Shown here piece after piece: positions 51,665 to 59,747 of a DNA stretch of 64,000 nucleotides. A program made the translations under genes and the position numbers. Position 1 is the first letter of the stretch; each line of letters starts with the position of its first letter. The notes beneath the pieces are model-generated. The model was not told the DNA's origin. It did no database searches and was given only the letters and a program-made list of their open reading frames with translations. Origin of the DNA: Smithellaceae bacterium (GTDB lineage Bacteria > Desulfobacterota > Syntrophia > Syntrophales > Smithellaceae); assembly GCA_963667845.2 (NCBI GenBank), contig CAXXVL010000002.1:608001-672000 (forward strand), read 5' to 3'.

Positions 51665-51782
51665 GATGTATCCGCTCTGAACGAGCGTCAAGGAATTTAC
51701 GACGCACTGGTTCCGGCGAATGCGTTGCTTTTACCAAAATGCTTTATTCTTCATGCTTCCGCACAGATGTCCTTTAAGGGCG

Positions 51783-52967
51783 CTATACTCGGTGCAGCCA
51801 TGCTCTAAATTTTCTGTAACCGGTTATCATTTTCCAGGCACGTGATCGCCGAATCTCATCCAAAGAGCCTTCCAGCATTTGCTTCTCACGGTTCACTTGC
51901 TGATGCTGATCCTCCATTTCATATCTATTCTTGATGATCGTCGCAATCGAACGCAGGTATTTTGACGAAGCCAACAATTGTGCATTTGCAATCTGGCTGG
52001 GGGACTCATCCTGAAGCGCGACCCGATCAATCAAAACACGCTCGTAAACACGCAACCATTTGTCGATTGCTATTGACATGTTTCCATCGTTTCGAATCCA
52101 GTCACTAACTTGCTTTGCATTGCCAGCGCTATAATTTTGCAGTTCGCGAAAGATGCTCTCCTCATTGACCCTGCTTGACTGCATCGTTCTGAAACCGAAA
52201 TTGAGTTTCCGCATGCCGGCAACATTATCGGTAGTGACCATGCCTCCCAACCCGGAGAAATCTGCTACGATGACGGCGCATCCTGTAGCCATAGCTTCAA
52301 GCGCACACCGCGCCTTGGCAAACACCACGTCATAACCGGTCAGAATCTTTTCTGGATGATTAACTACATTTCCAGAACCGGCACCGACAACATCAACCTT
52401 CTCAATACCCGCCCTGGCGCAGGCTGCGCGAATGGCATCGACCAGCTGGTTATCGCCTGCATAATTGCTAAAGATAAGCGCAGACCGTGGCTTCAGCGGC
52501 AAAGGGGAACGCTGTTGAAATCGTTCAATGTCAACAAAATTGTAGATGACCTCAATATCCTGTTCAAGGATCCCCTCCGTTGTCAGCAATCTTTCCCGAC
52601 ACAAATCGTCAACCGCAATATACCGCCGAATCGAAGGGAAGATCGGCGGCAATTCCTCCCAAGGCAGCCAACCATGGCAGACGAAAACTGCCGGGGTTTT
52701 TGGGAAATACATCATTGCCGTCATCGCATCTAAATGATGCTGACCATGGATAATATCGGGAGCCCGCCCAAGTTGTGCCAAATCGTCGATTACCGGAACC
52801 GCTGCCAAACGCAACTCTTCTGCCACATCACCCAGAACAGTACTATAGGCCACCGGATGATGCCCCAGCCTCATCAGGGCCAGTGCCAGATCGCGCACAT
52901 ACAGCTCAGATCCCGCTCTGCCTGCAAGCGTATTGTTGGTAATCAGTATCCGTAAACTGTTGAGCAT
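51783..52967 (-). CDS. GT4-like glycosyltransferase with C-terminal coiled coil
   Basis: AGSELY, PDIIHGQH, IYNFVD..RF, ALEAMATG. Confidence 0.8.
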   Translation of the reverse strand: MLNSLRILITNNTLAGRAGSELYVRDLALALMRLGHHPVAYSTVLGDVAEELRLAAVPVIDDLAQLGRAPDIIHGQHHLDAMTAMMYFPKTPAVFVCHGWLPWEELPPIFPSIRRYIAVDDLCRERLLTTEGILEQDIEVIYNFVDIERFQQRSPLPLKPRSALIFSNYAGDNQLVDAIRAACARAGIEKVDVVGAGSGNVVNHPEKILTGYDVVFAKARCALEAMATGCAVIVADFSGLGGMVTTDNVAGMRKLNFGFRTMQSSRVNEESIFRELQNYSAGNAKQVSDWIRNDGNMSIAIDKWLRVYERVLIDRVALQDESPSQIANAQLLASSKYLRSIATIIKNRYEMEDQHQQVNREKQMLEGSLDEIRRSRAWKMITGYRKFRAWLHRV

Positions 52968-52970
52968 GAA

Positions 52971-53831
52971 TCAGACCTTTAGCGATAATCCGAGTGCTTT
53001 TCTTACTTCTGGGGGAGAAGCGATCCGCTTACCAAAGATACAAGCAAGCTCTCGTACCCGGTGCACCATCATTTGATTAGTTGCCAAAACCTCGCGCTTA
53101 TCATCAAACCATAAACAATCTTCCAATCCGACACGAACACCATTGCCGTAAAGGAGCCCCATTGCATTCATGCGAAGCTGGCAGGTACCGATACCACCTC
53201 CTGTCCAATATGAATCGGGCGGCAATTCATTAATCAGTAATCCCAAATGAGCCGGTTTTGCCTGGGCCGTGGCTACATTCCCCAACATTAAATTAAAATA
53301 ATACGGGGGAGAAATAATGCGGCGATCAGCTAGATAACATGCGTAATTAACCATCCCGGAATCAAAAACCTCAAGTTCTGGTTTAATACCGGATTCTGCC
53401 ATACGTTCGGCAAGACGCCGTATGATTTCGGAGCTGTTCACGCTTGTTGATTGACTGAAATTCATTGACGCCAAAGTCAGGCTACCCATGTCGGGTTTCA
53501 CGTCCCCGGCAAGAGTCAATGGATCCGCTCGCTGCTCGAAAGCATTGAAATTTCTTCCGCTCAAAGATACGCAGATAATCACGTCCGGGCAGGCTTCTCG
53601 AATAGAGCCGATCAATTGAGCATAAACTTCCTTCCGGTAGGTCGGTGCGCCTGTGTTGTCCCTGGCATGCAAGTGTATTATTGAAACGCCTAACGCAACG
53701 CAAAGCTTCGCCTCTTCCACAATTTCAGATATCGATGTCGGAACATGGGGAGTCATTGCTTTCGTCAACACCATCCCCGTCGGCGCCATGTTAATGATAA
53801 TTCCGTCCAGCATGGGTACAAAAAAACTCAC
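52971..53831 (-). CDS. Beta-keto acid cleavage enzyme (BKACE/Kce, DUF849)
   Basis: APTG, VPTS..EI, IHLHAR, PDMGSL, IKPELEVFD, VRVGLED. Confidence 0.9.
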   Translation of the reverse strand: MSFFVPMLDGIIINMAPTGMVLTKAMTPHVPTSISEIVEEAKLCVALGVSIIHLHARDNTGAPTYRKEVYAQLIGSIREACPDVIICVSLSGRNFNAFEQRADPLTLAGDVKPDMGSLTLASMNFSQSTSVNSSEIIRRLAERMAESGIKPELEVFDSGMVNYACYLADRRIISPPYYFNLMLGNVATAQAKPAHLGLLINELPPDSYWTGGGIGTCQLRMNAMGLLYGNGVRVGLEDCLWFDDKREVLATNQMMVHRVRELACIFGKRIASPPEVRKALGLSLKV

Positions 53832-54334
53832 TATTCGGTTGACATTTTTCGAAACATTCGTGCGGGATTGCCTATGACCGTGACAGTTGGAGGTACATCA
53901 AGAGTTACCACACTGCCTGCCCCAACCATTGCGTTTTCGCCAATGACTATTCCAGGCAGTATCACACTACCCCCACCTATCTTGGCACCACGACATATTC
54001 GTGGATATGCCATCGCGCCCCCTGCTAATTTGTCGTTCAGGGTGATAACCCCGGGGCCGATAAAGACATCATCCTCGATGACGACCCCTCGAGTGATATG
54101 GCAGGCAGTCTGTATGGAAACGCGATCCCCTATTGTGCATTTGCATATATTACAGTGAGAACCAATCGTGCAACCAGAGCCAATAATCGCGCCTTGATGT
54201 ATCAAGGTGAATGACCCGACACGAGTACCAGCACCAATCAGCACGTCATCCTGTACTTCCACAAGTTCAGGATTATAAAAATGAACCCCGGGGAAACTTT
54301 TTTTACTCGTAAACATTTGATAGCCTTTATTCAA
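53831..54334 (-). CDS. Hexapeptide-repeat acyltransferase (FdtC/WbpD-like)
   Basis: IGAGTRVGSF, DVFIGPGV...ND, GAGSVVT.DVP, GNPAR. Confidence 0.85.
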   Translation of the reverse strand: MNKGYQMFTSKKSFPGVHFYNPELVEVQDDVLIGAGTRVGSFTLIHQGAIIGSGCTIGSHCNICKCTIGDRVSIQTACHITRGVVIEDDVFIGPGVITLNDKLAGGAMAYPRICRGAKIGGGSVILPGIVIGENAMVGAGSVVTLDVPPTVTVIGNPARMFRKMSTE

Positions 54335-54370
54335 TTTTGCAGGTGGATATTAGAATTTCATAGTACCAAT

Positions 54371-55075
54371 CTATAATGTAATCAAAGCACCGCGGTCCAA
54401 CCTGATCGTTCGGTTGCAAACTTTTGCTACAAGTTCCGGCGAGTGCGTTGCGATCACCAGAACACTTGATTTATCAACAATTTCTTGAAGCCGCTGTTGC
54501 GCCTTTTCCTGAAAATCCGTGTCGCCAACAGTCAGCCATTCATCCATCAGGAGAATCTCGGGTTGAGCAAGAGTCCCTATGGAAAAGGCCAACCGCATCT
54601 GCATGCCGGTAGAATAAGTCCGAAGCGGCATGCGGATAAAATCGCCAAGACCTGCGAAATCAACAATACCGCTGATTTTTGAGGATAGCCACTTCCGGTT
54701 GAAACCGAGAAGGGCACCGCGCAGAAAAATATTTTCGATCCCCGTTGCTTCGCCATCCATCCCCAGGCTCAGATCAATCATGCTGGTGACCTTACCCTTT
54801 ATGTTAATGAAACCCTCTGTTGGCTCGTAAACACCGGAAATGACGCGCAGCAATGTGCTTTTGCCTGCGCCATTATGGCCAACAATACCGAGTCGATCTC
54901 CTTCTTTTAAATCAAGACAAATATTTTGCAGGGCCCTCACAACCACTCGACCCTTTTCATTGGAGCCCATACGGCCGCCCGTTGCCGCCTGCATCAGCTG
55001 ATTTTTCAGAGAACGTCCCGTTGTATTATAGATTGGAAAATCAACACTCACGTTATTAAGTAAAATGTGCGACAC
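54371..55075 (-). CDS. wzt: Wzt ABC ATPase without C-terminal CBM
   Basis: GHNGAGKSTL, YSTGMQMRLAF, MDEWL.VGD; 234 aa. Confidence 0.92.
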   Translation of the reverse strand: MSHILLNNVSVDFPIYNTTGRSLKNQLMQAATGGRMGSNEKGRVVVRALQNICLDLKEGDRLGIVGHNGAGKSTLLRVISGVYEPTEGFINIKGKVTSMIDLSLGMDGEATGIENIFLRGALLGFNRKWLSSKISGIVDFAGLGDFIRMPLRTYSTGMQMRLAFSIGTLAQPEILLMDEWLTVGDTDFQEKAQQRLQEIVDKSSVLVIATHSPELVAKVCNRTIRLDRGALITL

Positions 55076-55084
55076 TGTTATCCC

Positions 55085-55900
55085 CTATAACCAATAAGCT
55101 ATCCGCGAACGAAACCGCCCATAAACCAGTAAAGTAATAAACCATCCTACAACCGCAAATATAATACTGAACTGCCAGTTCAAAGCTGAAGGCAATGATC
55201 CAAGCAACGGAGCACGGACAATTCCGATCAAATGAAAAAAAGGATTAGCATCCAGCAAAAGCATACTTGCACGTTTAGGTAATAGGTGCGGCATCCAGAT
55301 GATTGGCGTCAGATAAAAGAAAACCTGTAAAAGATTTGAGACTATCTGGGGAATATCACGGTAGCGGGCACAAAAAACACCCAGGAGCAGAGCCATCCAG
55401 GTCAGGTTGATAATCAACAACACGAGACCGGCAATTGACAAAAAGGCTATGGTCTTCACAGGCACCCAAAACACAAGTAAGACAAGTGGAAAGATAACAA
55501 GGTTATGAGCAAAAATAATCAGATTCCGCCACAGAACGCGAAGGATATGGATAAATAACGGCAAAGAGATTTGTTTGATCATCGCTTCGGCATCTGTGAA
55601 TCCCGTGCAGCCCTCATTAAGTACTGTCGTAATTAGCACCCATAACATCAATCCGATTGTAAGGAATGGTAAAAACTCTTTCATTGGCTGGCTAAAGAGA
55701 TTACTGAAGACGAAACCAAGCGCGCCGATTAACACGCCCATGCTGATGGTGAGCCAGAAAGGTCCCAGAGATGACCGCCTGTATCGCTGACGAATGTCCT
55801 GCCAGCCAAGAACGCCTGCCAGCTCATATTTTTTTGATGCAGCGTATATGTCACGCCAGCCGGATTTGACCATTTGAAAAATAGAAACTCCAGATATCAC
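55085..55900 (-). CDS. wzm: Wzm ABC permease
   Basis: RYRRSSLGPFW, RYRDIPQ, LTPIIW, NPFFH. Confidence 0.92.
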   Translation of the reverse strand: MISGVSIFQMVKSGWRDIYAASKKYELAGVLGWQDIRQRYRRSSLGPFWLTISMGVLIGALGFVFSNLFSQPMKEFLPFLTIGLMLWVLITTVLNEGCTGFTDAEAMIKQISLPLFIHILRVLWRNLIIFAHNLVIFPLVLLVFWVPVKTIAFLSIAGLVLLIINLTWMALLLGVFCARYRDIPQIVSNLLQVFFYLTPIIWMPHLLPKRASMLLLDANPFFHLIGIVRAPLLGSLPSALNWQFSIIFAVVGWFITLLVYGRFRSRIAYWL

Positions 55901-56161
55901 TTTTTATCACCTAATATGATAGTATCTCATTTGAGGTAAGTCTAAAAGACCTAGGAAAGAATCAAATTCCGAAACACTCTGGAATGGTCAAACGTTAGAA
56001 TTAAATTCATCCGTTCGGCCATTTGCGCGGTCCAGTGCCGATAGCACGAAAGACAGCGGATTAATACTTCAGTCAATAGAAAGATCCAAAGAGTCAAAAT
56101 AATCATTTATCATCTTCTCGGAACAGAAAATTATTTTTAAAAGTCTAAAATTCTCTTTATA

Positions 56162-56215
56162 CAGCTCCGCCTTCTGGATTACGCAGGTGCACTTTTTCAG
56201 GAAATTTGCGTCATT
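56162..56215 (-). promoter_or_regulatory. JUMPStart/ops-like leader motif, copy 4
   Basis: Minus strand AAGTGCACCTGCGTAATCCAGAAGGCGGAGCTG upstream of wzm. Confidence 0.6.
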
Positions 56216-56251
56216 ATTATGGGCAAAAATGATTATACCCATAACCAGATC

Positions 56252-56394
56252 TTATTCCGGATCGGTTATTGTGATATCCAGAAGATCAACTTCTTTGCTT
56301 TACTGTTGGATTTCTTCTTCCGGCTTTTCATATTCCATCATTTTCCGTTTCAGAAAATGACGGGTAAGCTTTGCTTTTCTTCTATGCCCGTTGG
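56252..56394 (-). pseudogene. 3' remnant of a MarR EPS regulator
   Basis: One frameshift and one internal stop: PTGIEE/KAKLTRHFLKRKMMEYEKPEEEIQQ*SKEVDLL, against the intact [39 protein letters not shown]. Confidence 0.85.
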
Positions 56395-56421
56395 CTATGA
56401 GCTGCGAGCCATGAACGATGG
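56394..56421. repeat. Inverted-orientation heptamer array after the rmlB stop
   Basis: gctatga gctgcga gccatga acgatgg. Confidence 0.8.
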
Positions 56422-57495
56422 CTATCTCCCGCCATACATTTTTTCATAATAGTCACGGTAGCTGCCGTCGGTAACTGAGGCGATCCAAGCCTTGTTGTCC
56501 AGATACCACCCGACAGTCTTCTGCATGCCGTCGGTAAAGTTTACCTGGGGAGACCAGCCCAATCGGGTGCGGATTTTTGTGGCGTCAATGGCGTAGCGGC
56601 GGTCGTGGCCGGCACGGTCTTTAACGTAAGTAACCAGTGATCTCCTGTTTTTGCCCCCCGGAAGGAGGCCGACTTTTTCGTCCAAAATGTCGCAAATGGT
56701 GTGGACAATCTCGATGTTCTGCTTTTCGCTATTGCCGCCGATATTGTAAGTCTCCCCGATTTCCCCATGCTCCAGGACCTTGAGGATTGCTGCACAATGA
56801 TCGATGACGTAGAGCCAATCGCGAACATTCCTGCCGTCGCCGTATACCGGTAAAGGTTTCCCTTGCAGGGCATTATTGATAATCAGGGGAATAAGTTTCT
56901 CCGGAAACTGGTAGGGTCCATAATTATTGGAACAATTGGTAATCAGGGTCGGTAATCCGTAGGTATGAAAATAAGCGCTGACCAGATGATCGGAGGACGC
57001 TTTGCTGGCGGAATATGGAGATCGCGGATCATAAGGTGTGGTCTCTTGAAACGCACCGGTTTCACCGAGAGACCCGTAGACCTCATCCGTGCTGACGTGA
57101 AGAAAACGGCAATCTTTGGATGATGTTCCTCCGGGACCACTGAGCCAGGCTTCACGCGCTGCCTCGAGCAGATTAAAAGTCCCCAGTATATTGGTCTCGA
57201 CAAATTCCGCGGGCCCGGTAATGCTGCGATCCACGTGAGATTCTGCGGCGAAATGAACAATGGTGTCTATTTCTTCTTTGGCGAAAATCTGTCTGACCAA
57301 AGCGGCGTCGCCAATATCTCCCTTCACAAACCGGTACCCGGGAGTCTTTTCCACATCCGTTAAATTGCCCGGGTTGCCGGCATAAGTCAACTTATCCAGA
57401 TTAATGATTCTGCAGCCGGGGAAATGCTGCAAGGTATGACGGACGAAGTTGGACCCAATAAAACCGCATCCGCCGGTTACAAGTACTCGTTTCAT
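56422..57495 (-). CDS. rmlB: dTDP-glucose 4,6-dehydratase
   Basis: TGGCGFIGSNF, DKLTYAGN, AAESHVDRSI, STDEVYG, YSASKA, NNYGPYQFPEKLIP. Confidence 0.97.
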   Translation of the reverse strand: MKRVLVTGGCGFIGSNFVRHTLQHFPGCRIINLDKLTYAGNPGNLTDVEKTPGYRFVKGDIGDAALVRQIFAKEEIDTIVHFAAESHVDRSITGPAEFVETNILGTFNLLEAAREAWLSGPGGTSSKDCRFLHVSTDEVYGSLGETGAFQETTPYDPRSPYSASKASSDHLVSAYFHTYGLPTLITNCSNNYGPYQFPEKLIPLIINNALQGKPLPVYGDGRNVRDWLYVIDHCAAILKVLEHGEIGETYNIGGNSEKQNIEIVHTICDILDEKVGLLPGGKNRRSLVTYVKDRAGHDRRYAIDATKIRTRLGWSPQVNFTDGMQKTVGWYLDNKAWIASVTDGSYRDYYEKMYGGR

Positions 57496-57533
57496 GTTTT
57501 TTATTCCTGTTTAAGGTTATTGTCTCCACAATC

Positions 57534-57561
57534 ATTATCAGCTATGAGCTACGAGCTATTC
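57534..57561. repeat. Inverted-orientation heptamer array after the pglF-like stop
   Basis: attatca gctatga gctacga gctattc. Confidence 0.8.
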
Positions 57562-59455
57562 ACAGAACACTGTCATTTTCCTGCGGGGTAAATTCGGGAA
57601 TGATTTCTTTGAGCTTTGCTTTGATGCCCTTCCCATCATGGCGCGCCGCTATTTTCACGAGTTCATCAATTTCACGATACAGGAGTTCTTTGGCTTCCTG
57701 CGGATCTGATGAACCGTTAAAGCAGTTGCCGGAACGAAGGACCATGACTTTTTTATGATCGGTGGGCAGGATGTCTTCTCCCACCGTGATCAATTCTTCA
57801 TACAGCTTTTCACCGTCCCGCAAGCCGGTGAAAACAATTTTGATATCCACATCCGGCTCTTTTCCCGAAAGGCGAATGAGATCGCGCGCCATATCGATGA
57901 TTTTGACGGGAGTTCCCATTCTCAATATGAAAATCTCACCGCCCACGCCCATCGTTCCGGCCTGCAGGATCATCTGAGACGCCTCGGGGATGGTCATGAA
58001 GAAACGGTTGACCTCGGGGTGAGTCACCGTTACCGGTCCCCCCTGCTCGATCTGACGGCGGAAAAAGGGGATAACGGACCCGGACGATCCGATGACATTG
58101 CCGAATCTTACAGCCATAAACCTGGTGCCGTTGCCCTGCTGGCACTGCATAATCAACTCTGTCACTCGCTTGCTGGCGCCCATGACGTTGGTCGGACGCA
58201 CGGCCTTATCCGTCGAAACCAGAACGAATCGATTCACATGATACCGGATCGCCATCTCCATGAGGACGCGGCTACCGATAATGTTATTGTATACAGCCTG
58301 CCAGGGATTCTTTTCCATCATCGGCACGTGCTTGTAAGCCGCCGCGTGGAATATAACATCAGGCTTGTACATTTTGAAGACGTCGTTCATGAGTGCTTGA
58401 TTTTGAACCCGTCCCAAAATGGCCACACAGTGGCGGCAGTAATGTTCGTTTTGCATTTCCATGTGAATGTTGAACAGATTTGTTTCACTCGAATCAAGCA
58501 GAATAATATTGCTCGGCTGATATTTTACAATCTGCCGGCATAGTTCAGAACCGATCGAACCGCCGCAGCCGCTGACCAGAACGGTCTTACCATCAATATA
58601 GTTGCGTATGCCTTCAACATTGAGATGAACCGCAGAACGTCCCAGGAGATCTTCGTAGCTGATGTCCCTCAGAAACTTCACACTAACCCGTCCGTCGATC
58701 AGATCGCCGATGCCGGGCAACATTTTATACGAAATATTGCTTTCTTGACAGGCTTCGACAATGCGCCTGATTTGCTCACCTCTGGCAGACGGGATGGCGA
58801 TCAGGATTTGCTGGATGTTTTCGCTTTTTAAAATTTTGGGCAGACGCTCTAAAGTTCCCAACACCCTTATCCCATGAATCGTCCGCCCCTGCTTTTCCCG
58901 ATCGTCATCTATAAAACCGACCACGTCATAATGCAGCCGGTAATTATCCATGATCTCGCGCAATATTTTTTCACCGGCCTGCCCCGCTCCGATGATCAGA
59001 ATCTTTATTGAGCGGGCGCCGGCCACATCAGTTATCGGAGTGGCACGCGCACTTAAGAGAGACCGGATCGCCATTCGGACACAACCGGTCAAAATAAAGG
59101 TGATAATACCATCAGCAATAAAAACGCCGCGCGAATATCCCGCAAATCCGTTGCCAAAGAGCATAATCAGCAAGATAAGCATGGTCGACAATAAAGAAGC
59201 CCCGCTTAAAAGCCAGAAGTCTCTCACGCCGGTAAAGCGCCATAAACCCCGATAGAGTCCGACTGCGAAAAAAATTACAGATTTCAGAGGGACGATCCAA
59301 AGCAATAGTCCAATGATTTGCTCAATATCAACATGAGCGTAAGTAAATTCAAATCGAATCAGATAGGATAAACTGAGAGAGACGATGAAAAGAATGATAT
59401 CCGTAAATATCATTAAATAGAAGTTCGGATTCTTGAATTGCGGATTCATGACCAT
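57560..59455 (-). CDS. Membrane-bound UDP-GlcNAc 4,6-dehydratase (PglF/CapD/WbpM)
   Basis: Four N-terminal TM segments, GAGQAG, EDLLGR, GGSIGSELC, HAAAYKHVP, STDKAV, VRFGNV. Confidence 0.93.
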   Translation of the reverse strand: MVMNPQFKNPNFYLMIFTDIILFIVSLSLSYLIRFEFTYAHVDIEQIIGLLLWIVPLKSVIFFAVGLYRGLWRFTGVRDFWLLSGASLLSTMLILLIMLFGNGFAGYSRGVFIADGIITFILTGCVRMAIRSLLSARATPITDVAGARSIKILIIGAGQAGEKILREIMDNYRLHYDVVGFIDDDREKQGRTIHGIRVLGTLERLPKILKSENIQQILIAIPSARGEQIRRIVEACQESNISYKMLPGIGDLIDGRVSVKFLRDISYEDLLGRSAVHLNVEGIRNYIDGKTVLVSGCGGSIGSELCRQIVKYQPSNIILLDSSETNLFNIHMEMQNEHYCRHCVAILGRVQNQALMNDVFKMYKPDVIFHAAAYKHVPMMEKNPWQAVYNNIIGSRVLMEMAIRYHVNRFVLVSTDKAVRPTNVMGASKRVTELIMQCQQGNGTRFMAVRFGNVIGSSGSVIPFFRRQIEQGGPVTVTHPEVNRFFMTIPEASQMILQAGTMGVGGEIFILRMGTPVKIIDMARDLIRLSGKEPDVDIKIVFTGLRDGEKLYEELITVGEDILPTDHKKVMVLRSGNCFNGSSDPQEAKELLYREIDELVKIAARHDGKGIKAKLKEIIPEFTPQENDSVL

Positions 59456-59747
59456 GTTCTATTTACATCTCCCTGCAATGGAGCGCAAAACCGGTTTTCC
59501 AGCTATATTGAAATCATAGAAACAAAGATCGATACATTAACGGTGTTTTTCATACAATAATTCTATTGGAAATGGAACAGGCTTTTCCAAAAACCAAGAG
59601 AATCTGTATACTTGGCTCCTGTCGTATTATGATTTTTTGTGCAAAACCAAACATCTATCACCTCAAGTGACGGCGTGGGATGTCAAAGCGGCGTCAATTA
59701 CTTAGCCAAGTTTCGCCTCGATTGCTACATGGGGTAGTCTATAAAAA

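Noticed and set aside
57755..58543. Long plus-strand ORFs (also 41941..42531, 61940..62473 and many shorter ones)
   Set aside because: They are antisense shadows of well-conserved minus-strand genes and show no recognisable motifs.
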